Origin: Candidatus Bathyarchaeia archaeon
GTDB lineage: Archaea > Thermoproteota > Bathyarchaeia > Bathyarchaeales > Bathycorpusculaceae
DNA: 64,000 nucleotides
Direction of reading: 5' to 3'
NCBI GenBank assembly: GCA_049512075.1
Contig: JBEKXL010000002.1
Coordinates: 96,001-160,000, forward strand
The notes below the pieces were generated by a model. It saw only the letters and a list, made by a program, of their open reading frames with translations, did not search any database and had not been told where the DNA came from. Positions 39,575-47,391 of this stretch are shown one piece after another (positions within the stretch are counted from its first letter, which is position 1; each line of letters begins with the position of its first letter). The position numbers were made by a program, and so were the translations under genes.

Positions 39575-39784
39575 ACAGATGAGTTACAAGTAACAAGAAC
39601 AGTTTTCTTGCGCGCGCGTAAATTAGTGCGGGGGGTGGGATTCGAACCCCCAAATAAGTGGCGATATCGCCAATTAAGCGTTTCTTCGCAGCTTCTCTCC
39701 CTTTTTTCCAAAAAATCGAATCTGGGCTCTGGCTAGGTGCTGTTTTTGGCTGAGTCTAGTGCAAGTAAAAATTTTCGCTCTCGG

Positions 39785-40639
39785 ATGTCAAAAGTCAAAT
39801 TTGACTTCAGTACTGTTCGGACCCGCGTTATTCCGATCCTGAAGCGGGTTGAGGTTGAGGACTACCCAGCTAAGATTGGGCGCATGTATGGTTGGAGCCG
39901 TCAACATGTATGCTACTACTTGAGGAAGCTTGAAAAGTGTGGTTTGGTGAAGCGGAAGGTTCGCAGTCGTGCCGTTTTCTATGAGTTGACGGGTCGAGGT
40001 AAAACTTTTCTCGCATCATGTGAGGACGTCGTCTTCGGTAGCGGTGTGTACCGGCTAGATAGGTGCCAGGTGCGGTTTGTGATTGTGAGTGAGGGTTGTT
40101 TGCCCGTGGATTTTAGGCGTGTGGAGATGGTGAATTGGACGGCTTTGTTGGGGTTGGAGCAGGGTGTTAGGGTTAGGCATACGAGTCGGAGTTGGATTGT
40201 GCACGTGGAGACCTTGTATGGGAAGCATCCGGGAGAGTTGTTTGTCTCGGCGAAGAACCTTGCTGACCGTGTGGCCAAGAGTTTGATGATGAAGTACGGT
40301 TGCAAGTTGAGTGACGGTGAAGTTTGCAGGGGGTATGAGCTAAAGGTTGATGATCCAGTGGCCAGGCTGCTTGCAAGGTACTTCTGCATTAGCACGCCGG
40401 AGAGAAAGATAGATCATAGTCCAGGCGTCGGGGAAGGTGAGCTGGAGCATTTCAGTAGAGACGCTGCGGTTGAGTATTTGCTTATGCCGGAGCGTGTGAA
40501 GAAGCTCGAGGGTCAAGTGCAAGCGTTGCATGTGGATCTGGAAGAGCGGCTAACCGGGACTCTCCGAAAACTGTTGAATATTGAAGGCGCTGCGGGGCCG
40601 AGTTCTGATCAGGGCAATCTGGATAGATATGTGAGTTAG
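39785..40639 (+). CDS. Winged-HTH protein with uncharacterised C-terminal domain (element core gene)
   Basis: YPAKIGRMYGWSRQHVCYYLRKLEKCGLV..YELT.RG; C-term IDHSPG.GELE and coiled coil. Confidence 0.7.
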   Translation: MSKVKFDFSTVRTRVIPILKRVEVEDYPAKIGRMYGWSRQHVCYYLRKLEKCGLVKRKVRSRAVFYELTGRGKTFLASCEDVVFGSGVYRLDRCQVRFVIVSEGCLPVDFRRVEMVNWTALLGLEQGVRVRHTSRSWIVHVETLYGKHPGELFVSAKNLADRVAKSLMMKYGCKLSDGEVCRGYELKVDDPVARLLARYFCISTPERKIDHSPGVGEGELEHFSRDAAVEYLLMPERVKKLEGQVQALHVDLEERLTGTLRKLLNIEGAAGPSSDQGNLDRYVS

Positions 40640-40813
40640 GGGTGTTTCGGGAAGTGGTATTGTGTTCAAAGTCTGTTTTGGAGCTGGCGTTTAGGCATGG
40701 TAAAAGTCCATGCTTTTTGGGTTGTGCGTTTCTTGTCCTTGTCAATGTAGGTTGGCCATGCTCAGGTTTCACTTTCCTCAACATTGTCACTATACTATGG
40801 TGAGCTTTTCGGT

Positions 40814-41281
40814 ATGGAAGTGAACGCTGAGCCTGTTCCAACACCGAGAAAAAAGCGTTTGCAAGAGATGAAAATTGGCCGAGTCAAGTACACTTTGCAG
40901 TTGGTTAAAGGGATTCAGCGTGACATCGAAGAGATTAAGATGATGCAACGCACCATTCTTGCGGGTCTCAAAGGCCTCTTTCATTTTGAAAAGCCCATGA
41001 TTCAGAAGATTGCTTGTGTCGACGAGGTTGACATGGAGTTGTTGGAACTGCTCTTTGAGGCGGGCAACGCCGGGCTGTTGCCAAAGGACCTTGCAACCCG
41101 TTTGGGTCGGTTCAGAGTTAGGCGACACCAAGTCAGCCGGAGAATTCTCAGAATGAACAAGCGCCTCGAGCGGGAACTTGGTGAACGAGTTGCAGAAAAA
41201 AGGGGATGGCACTGGGCTCTAACTGGTTTCGCATTCGAGGTCTGGGGAGACGAGGAAACACAAGAAGGCAACGCATTGTAG
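40814..41281 (+). CDS. HTH-containing hypothetical protein (element core gene)
   Basis: GLLPKDLA..RHQVSRRI..KRGWHWALT. Confidence 0.6.
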   Translation: MEVNAEPVPTPRKKRLQEMKIGRVKYTLQLVKGIQRDIEEIKMMQRTILAGLKGLFHFEKPMIQKIACVDEVDMELLELLFEAGNAGLLPKDLATRLGRFRVRRHQVSRRILRMNKRLERELGERVAEKRGWHWALTGFAFEVWGDEETQEGNAL

Positions 41282-41381
41282 GAAACATCGGTCCATTTGT
41301 GCACACACTGTTAATGCGATTAGCGCGCGCGATAGACTTTATATTCACATGTTTTTACAGAGTAGATTGGTGGGAAGAGAA

Positions 41382-42698
41382 ATGCTGGTAAGGTTGGTTG
41401 CTGTCGTGTTGCTGGTTCTTCTGTCAGCCAGTGCGTTTCAACTGGCTTATAACGTGCAACTGGTGTGGGCCGATAATCCCAGTTCTTGGCCAATGTTTGG
41501 CCACGATCCTTTGCACTCAGGGTATTCAAGTTCAACAGGACCGGCTACAAACCAAACTCTTTGGAGCTATAAGACTGGCGGCTGGGTTGAATGTGGTCCT
41601 ACCGTCGCTAATGGCACTGTCTATGTGGGCTCTGATGACGGCAAGGTTTATGCACTGAACGCTTTGACGGGCGCGCTGGTGTGGGAATATCAAACTGTTT
41701 TCTTCGTGTATTCTTCTCCTGCTGTTGTAAACGGCATAGTATACGTGGGCTCAGGCGGCAACGTTTACGCCCTGAACGCCACGACGGGCGCCTTGATGTG
41801 GCTCTACCAAACTGGCAGCTCTGTGCGATCTTCTCCTGATATTGCGAACGGGATAGTCTATGTTGGCTCTGGTGACGAGTCTAGTTCTCCTGCCGTTGCC
41901 AATGGGACGGTCTATTTTGGCACGGAGAACGACAATGTTTACGCCTTGAACGCTACGACGGGCGTATTAGTCTGGAAATATAATCCTGCCGACGCAAACG
42001 GCACAGTCGTTGAACCGCCGTTAAGCATGCTCTTCACCGTTTATGCATTGAACGCTTTTACTGGCGCGCCCGTGTGGAATTACACGACCGGCAACTATGT
42101 GGATTCTCCTGCAGTTGCCAACGGCATCGTCTACGCAGGCTCATGGGACCACAACGTTTACGCGTTGAATGCTGTGACAGGCGTGCTCGTGTGGAAATAC
42201 CCGACCAGCTCCTCTGTGACTTCTTCTCCAGCGGTTGCTAATCTTGTCGTCTACATTGGTTCAGGTAGCAACGTTTATGCCTTGAACGCGACAACAGGCG
42301 CACTGATGTGGGGCATCGCGACCAGTTCCATTCAGGTTTATTCTCCAGCTGTTGCTGGTGGTGTTGTCTACGTGGGCTCATGGGAGGGCCATGTTTACGC
42401 TTTGAATGCTACAACGGGCGCATCAGTGTGGAAATACGAGACTGGCGGTGGCGGCGGCGAGGTGGGTTCTTCTCCAGCTGTTGCTAACGGCGTCGCCTAC
42501 GCGGGCTCAACGGACGACAAGGTCTATGCCTTTGGCCCGCGGTCTCAAGGGACCGACTATACTGTGCCATTCGTCGTTGCAGCAGTCATCATCGTTGCCG
42601 CGATTGCTTCGTTCGTTGTCGCTGTAGTGAGACGTGAAAGAAAAAGACCGCCACTAGACAGCGCGCTGTCTCGCCCCGAAAATGGTCCGAAAGAGTAG
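41382..42698 (+). CDS. Secreted PQQ-like beta-propeller repeat protein with C-terminal TM
   Basis: WPMFGHD start; repeated SSPAVANG.VYVGS..VYALNA.TG..W. Confidence 0.92.
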   Translation: MLVRLVAVVLLVLLSASAFQLAYNVQLVWADNPSSWPMFGHDPLHSGYSSSTGPATNQTLWSYKTGGWVECGPTVANGTVYVGSDDGKVYALNALTGALVWEYQTVFFVYSSPAVVNGIVYVGSGGNVYALNATTGALMWLYQTGSSVRSSPDIANGIVYVGSGDESSSPAVANGTVYFGTENDNVYALNATTGVLVWKYNPADANGTVVEPPLSMLFTVYALNAFTGAPVWNYTTGNYVDSPAVANGIVYAGSWDHNVYALNAVTGVLVWKYPTSSSVTSSPAVANLVVYIGSGSNVYALNATTGALMWGIATSSIQVYSPAVAGGVVYVGSWEGHVYALNATTGASVWKYETGGGGGEVGSSPAVANGVAYAGSTDDKVYAFGPRSQGTDYTVPFVVAAVIIVAAIASFVVAVVRRERKRPPLDSALSRPENGPKE

Positions 42699-43002
42699 CG
42701 CGCTGCCTTGTCCCGAAATTGGTGTAAAATGGTGATAATTCCTGTTTTCGGGTTTAGGGACAGTTTTGAGGCGCATATGTGTTTTTAGCCCTCCTCTGTG
42801 CCTCGACGTCCCAGACGGACTAGACGTAGCTTCAACAGCTTATGGGAAAACTCCACTTCCATCCCGCTTTGATGGAACCCCGTGATTTGCCATCTTTCAA
42901 CGTGGCCAAAAATAGCCGCCAAACAAGCTCAAATGACGCTCCAATTGACAAAAGAAGAATTATGACCATTTTTAACCATTTTAGGGACAAGCCAGCGCGC
43001 TA
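42696..43002. mobile_element. 307-bp MITE-like element with 46-bp terminal inverted repeats
   Basis: 42696-42741 vs reverse complement of 42957-43002: 40/46 identical; both ends TAGCGCGCTG. Confidence 0.75.
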
Positions 43003-43034
43003 GTCTCATCTGTTCTAAAGCTTAGACTTAATTA

Positions 43035-44351
43035 ATGGAACTGTACGTGTTTATTAGGGGAAAGATTGTGTCGAAGTCTGTCAGGTCCCTTAGGATACGT
43101 AGACTTTTTATTATTTCTTTGACGTTGGTTTCGATTATTTTAGTTAGTTATGTTGCCCATGTGTATTTTTCGGGGAGTGTGGAAAATCCTGTTTACGCTG
43201 CTTCTGATGAAGAAGCAGGATCTGTCGACAAGGCACTGGTCTCTGCGAATACAATGTTTGCGTTTAACTTGTTCAGAGAACTCGTATCAGAGGATTCTGG
43301 CAATGTTTTCATTTCTCCTCTGAGCGTTTCGATGGCCTTGGCGATGGCTTACAATGGGGCAGAGGGCACAACGAAGGATGCTATGTCTAACACTCTCAAT
43401 TTTGGGGGTATGAGTATTGATAAGGTGAACCAGGAGTTCTCTATGTTAATACAAAGCTTGGGGAATGTTGATCAATCAGTTAAACTGCTGATTGGAAACT
43501 CTGTCTGGATAAGACAAGAATTCGGACCTAATGTTAACGCAAGTTTCGTTCAGAGAGTGCAAAGTTCGTATGATGGTGAAGTGTTCACACGGGATTTCAG
43601 CAGTTCTCAAACTGTCAACGAAATCAATAATTGGATAGATACCAAAACAAACGGTAAGATAAAGGATGTAATTTCGCAATTAGACCCACAGCTTGCAATG
43701 CTCCTGATCAACGCCATCTATTTCAAAGGAGAATGGGTAACATCCTTCAACAAGAACGAAACAATGCAACAAGATTTCTATGTTTCTCAAGGAAACACGA
43801 TGCAAGTAGACATGATGCAAACGTCGGGTCACTTCGAATACTATTCAGATAAGAATTGTGAAGTCGCAAGACTTCCATACGGAAGAGACAAAGTCGCGAT
43901 GTACATCTTCTTGCCGAATCAAAGTATGTCTCTCGGCTCGTTCATTGACAACATTAACCAAACTGTCAACGACAAATATATCAGCGAACTTCAATCCGTA
44001 AGCAACCTCGTTGTCGAGCTTCCTAAATTCAAGGTTGAATACGATGCAATACTCAACGACGCTCTAACGAGGCTGGGGATGGGAATAGCCTTCGACACGC
44101 GTGCTACTGCAAACTTTAATGGAATGGCTCCAGGTCTGTTCATATCATCTGTGCAACACAACTCAGTTGTTGAAGTGAATGAAGAAGGAACCGAAGCAGC
44201 GGGAGTGACCAGCATCTTCATGAGTTTTGGTTTATCTCACGGTCCGACACCTATATTTTTCATCGTGAACAGACCATTCTTCTTCGAAATCAGAGACGAC
44301 CGTTCAGGCTCAATCCTATTTATGGGGGCAATCTCCAATCCCACTGATTAA
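43035..44351 (+). CDS. Serpin (serine protease inhibitor), secreted or anchored
   Basis: NVFISPLS, INAIYFKGEW, LPKF, hinge EEGTEAAGVT, NRPFFF. Confidence 0.96.
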   Translation: MELYVFIRGKIVSKSVRSLRIRRLFIISLTLVSIILVSYVAHVYFSGSVENPVYAASDEEAGSVDKALVSANTMFAFNLFRELVSEDSGNVFISPLSVSMALAMAYNGAEGTTKDAMSNTLNFGGMSIDKVNQEFSMLIQSLGNVDQSVKLLIGNSVWIRQEFGPNVNASFVQRVQSSYDGEVFTRDFSSSQTVNEINNWIDTKTNGKIKDVISQLDPQLAMLLINAIYFKGEWVTSFNKNETMQQDFYVSQGNTMQVDMMQTSGHFEYYSDKNCEVARLPYGRDKVAMYIFLPNQSMSLGSFIDNINQTVNDKYISELQSVSNLVVELPKFKVEYDAILNDALTRLGMGIAFDTRATANFNGMAPGLFISSVQHNSVVEVNEEGTEAAGVTSIFMSFGLSHGPTPIFFIVNRPFFFEIRDDRSGSILFMGAISNPTD

Positions 44352-44387
44352 TAATGTACAGCCCCGCGCGAGCTAAACAAACACTAA

Positions 44388-44639
44388 CTAGTTTGGCAGC
44401 AGTTCGTTGCAGGCGCGGTAGTGTTGCAAAAATAGGCGTCCTTTCTCTGTGAGGCTGGGTCGAGTTCGGTTTGCTTTGATGTTTTCCTTTTTGAATAGAC
44501 CCGTGGATTCTAGCTTTCTGACTTGATTGTAGTTGACGCCTGCCCTGGCTAGGACCCTTGTTGGTGCCAGGTTGGGCGATCTAACGATTTCCTCCAGAAT
44601 AGCAGCGGCTTGGTCCTTCTTCCCTCTCAGCACACCCAT
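44388..44639 (-). CDS. Small winged-helix protein
   Basis: PTRVLARAGVNY..LTEKGRLFL. Confidence 0.65.
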   Translation of the reverse strand: MGVLRGKKDQAAAILEEIVRSPNLAPTRVLARAGVNYNQVRKLESTGLFKKENIKANRTRPSLTEKGRLFLQHYRACNELLPN

Positions 44640-44868
44640 TATCTTGATTTTCCGGATTTATAGAACTTGTTGATTTTGAAGAAGTACAGACGTGCAACAA
44701 GGTTCTTTTGTCGGTTCGGCTTCGACTTTATCTCGATTCGTCTGTTTCGTTTCGCTCTCATCGCCTTTGAGTGATGGTAGCTAAATTCTTGTTGGTGTAA
44801 AGCTTGCACAGGAGAAGCAGGGCTAATATCCAGAAGAATAGCGCGCGCGGTCATTTTACTTATAAAGG

Positions 44869-44983
44869 TGCGGGGGGTGGGATTCGAACCCACGGAGGCC
44901 TTCGCCAGAGGATCTTAAGTCCTCCCCCTTGTCTTAGGCTTTTTCTGGCCCTGCCTATTTAGACCTGGCTCGGGTACCCCCGC
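44869..44983 (-). tRNA. tRNA-Leu(TAA) with 30-nt D-loop intron (44929-44958)
   Basis: GCGGGGG acceptor, GAGGA-CTTAAGA-TCCTC anticodon arm, long V arm, GTTCGAATC; BHB motif GTCT/AGAC with 3-nt bulges. Confidence 0.93.
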
Positions 44984-45086
44984 GCTAGCCACTTAGGTTG
45001 ATGTTCCTTCGTAGTTAAAGTTTTTCAGAGGGACGGCATTAAGTTAAAATTCATAATCGTCTAATGTTCTGGATGTGTAAAGGCTT

Positions 45087-45161
45087 GGGCGAGTAGCTCA
45101 GTACGGATAGAGCACCAGCCTCCTAAGTTGGGGGTCGTGGGTTCAAATCCCACCCCGCCCG
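45087..45161 (+). tRNA. tRNA-Arg(CCT)
   Basis: Cloverleaf; CCAGC-CTCCTAA-GTTGG; GGTTCAAATCC; A6-C67 mismatch. Confidence 0.92.
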
Positions 45162-45343
45162 CCTACAACAAACCCCAAACCCAAACAGATTTCCTATAAG
45201 TGTTCATTTTCGCTTCCTGAATACTTCGTCTCTTGGCAGTCGCGCACGTATTCGAAGCCTGCGTCTGTTAATTGGCAGACTTCTTGCTCCGAATGCGCTA
45301 TTTTAGCGATGTGTTCGTCGTCTTTGAAGCGTGCGCGCGGAAA

Positions 45344-45526
45344 CTATGTGCCGAAGTATTCCCTGACACTCTTCCGCAAAACATACACCAGGCAGATGAC
45401 CGGATACAGAAGTGGAAATACGAAGAACAGAACAAGCCAAAACCAATTGCTTTGGTTTATAGCGATTCGTCCAAGAGCGATGAGAGCGATGATGATGCCC
45501 GTTATCATCATGAGCGCATAGGCCAA
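45344..45526 (-). CDS. Small 2-TM protein or fragment between two (GC)n runs
   Basis: Strongly hydrophobic 60 aa; bounded by runs at 45333 and 45534. Confidence 0.45.
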   Translation of the reverse strand: MAYALMMITGIIIALIALGRIAINQSNWFWLVLFFVFPLLYPVICLVYVLRKSVREYFGT

Positions 45527-45835
45527 TAATACAGCGCGCGCGCTCGTTGAAATCGGCCTCAGGGATGAAGTTGGCGCGCGCGCTTCCGAAATGCTCTGCT
45601 ATCCTGCGTTCATACGGTTGTTGTCTGACACAGGAACCATAACTGTAGTTTTCATAGTGTCGACAGATCGCCGTCTACGAAAAAGATACAGGTTTTTGAG
45701 GATGAAGAAGATGAGCACTCAGAAATACTCAGAGTGCGAATTGACCCTCAGAAAAGAAAGCTTGGAAACGCAGAACAGAGAAAGAAACGGCTAAGCCAAG
45801 TCTTCGAGTTCTCGAGCTTCTCTGGCGCGCGCGAC

Positions 45836-46594
45836 CTACTTCTCGCCGAACAACGGCATGTTGGCGAAAACTTCAATGCCGTTCCGGTCTATTGAGTATG
45901 GCACGAGGCTCGGGTTAACCTTGGCTCCTCTCATCTTTTCAACTTGTATCGCTCTCGTTGTGGTGCCTCCTGAAAACAGCGTTTGCATCATGATGACTCC
46001 ATGAACCAGAAATTCTTCTTCCAACGCACTTCGTTCAAGACTCAGGTATCCCAGCTCCGTGGTTACGAGACTCGTAACTTTTAGATCTGCCAATGATTCA
46101 ATCAGATCCACGACTGTAGTCCTTCGTTCTATGGGATCTGGAAATCGGTAGACAAGTGCTGCTAACGTGTCTACTACGACTCTTTTCGCGTTGGTCTGCT
46201 GGATTTTCGCTTGCAACTCTTCGATCAATTTGTCAATAGATAATTGTTTGCCTCTTAGGCTTTTTGCCTCTTCCTTGTACAGTTTCTCTTTAAGCATGGC
46301 TACTCGAGACATTCGCGTGGCATCTACGAAGGCGAATTTTCTCTCTTCCTCAGCTTTCCGAAAGTCCCACCCAAACTGTTGCATCTCAGAGTAAAAACTG
46401 TCTTTGCTTTCATCCAGACTGACGAAGACTGCATTTTCTTGGTTTTCATAGATACCCTTGTACAGGAATTGGCTACACAAGATGGTCTTCCCAGAACCAG
46501 GTCCTCCGACAACTAGGATAGTTCTTCCTTCAGGAAAGCCGCCGCCAACAAGCTCGTCGAGGCCATTAATCCCTGTCGAGATTTTTCTTGACAA
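45836..46594 (-). CDS. KaiC/RAD55-like single-domain ATPase
   Basis: STGI.GLD..GGGFP, GGPGSGKT, RVVVDT, VEKMRG. Confidence 0.92.
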   Translation of the reverse strand: MSRKISTGINGLDELVGGGFPEGRTILVVGGPGSGKTILCSQFLYKGIYENQENAVFVSLDESKDSFYSEMQQFGWDFRKAEEERKFAFVDATRMSRVAMLKEKLYKEEAKSLRGKQLSIDKLIEELQAKIQQTNAKRVVVDTLAALVYRFPDPIERRTTVVDLIESLADLKVTSLVTTELGYLSLERSALEEEFLVHGVIMMQTLFSGGTTTRAIQVEKMRGAKVNPSLVPYSIDRNGIEVFANMPLFGEK

Positions 46595-46700
46595 TATGTC
46601 TCCTCCGAAGTAATCTCAGATAAGATTCTATCAGTATTTATAACTTACGTGAAATAGCAGAGCGCGCGCTAAAGCCTGTTTTGATAATGGTATATGTGTC

Positions 46701-47213
46701 TTATGCTATTCTTTTTCCGAACCGCGTTGGAGATGGACTGTTGTCGTAGACTTCATGCACGTTAACAACGTAAACGGGTCTTTTTCTCCTTGTCTCTTTC
46801 GTTAGCGCATAATGAAATGAATCATGAACCAAGTTTACAAACTCGCTATACGAGTCATTTTTGTGGATTTCAATCTTTCCGCGGATCTCAAAACTGATTG
46901 AAGGCGGCTGATAAAACAGCAGGCAAGTGCTCAGATTGTGCTGAACTATCTGCCACGTGTGCTTTGAAGAGTGCGGTTTCGACAGGGCAAGCTCGATTGT
47001 TGACATCTTGCTAAAATCCACACGTTCCTGAGCAATTTTGGGATCTTCAAAATACAAGTACTCAAGCAAAAGTGAAGCGCCTGTCCTCTGATATTCTCTC
47101 GAATTCTTCTCTATTTCGTCCCTAGTCTGATTCTTCCCGAACAACTTGTCTCCGTACTCGAGGTGTTCATCAAAAGCCCTTATCGCAGCATCCATGTATT
47201 TCTTTCTCGTCAC
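46701..47213 (-). pseudogene. C-terminal half of a gene split by the transposon (FMN-binding split-barrel-like)
   Basis: Begins VTRKKYM at the target duplication; contains HTW, LLFYQPPSISFEIRG, V.EVYDNS. Confidence 0.8.
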
Positions 47214-47294
47214 GGCTCTGTGAAGTCTCCGTTGGTTTTGGGGTTCATGTGAAAAACCGTTTGGTGAACAAAACGGATAAAGGTTCTAGTACTT

Positions 47295-47349
47295 GGTTCT
47301 GTCAAGTCTTCGGTTGATATGCCTTCTTGTGAAAAAGCGGTTGATAACT
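47295..47349 (+). repeat. Inner (second) left end of the transposon
   Basis: GGTTCTGTCAAGTCTTCGGTTG..TGTGAAAA.., 43/55 identical to the reverse complement of the outer right end. Confidence 0.8.
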
Positions 47350-47391
47350 GTTTTGCCTTAGTTATCAAGGCTCTTTCCAAGAGAAAATTCT

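Larger units (their letters stand above)
39626..44891. mobile_element. Integrated element at the tRNA-Leu 3' end, no integrase
   Basis: 24-bp direct repeat GTGCGGGGGGTGGGATTCGAACCC at 39626-39649 and 44868-44891 (tRNA 3' end). Confidence 0.85.

Noticed and set aside
41560-42530. Regular nucleotide repeats
   Set aside because: Explained by PQQ propeller blades in the protein.
44639-44893. 84-aa ORF starting MGSNPTPRT
   Set aside because: Translation of the tRNA T-arm and intergenic DNA.
45836-46594. Circadian clock with heliorhodopsin input
   Set aside because: Single-domain KaiC/RAD55-like ATPases are common in archaea; no kaiA/kaiB, and the genes are not adjacent even without the transposon.
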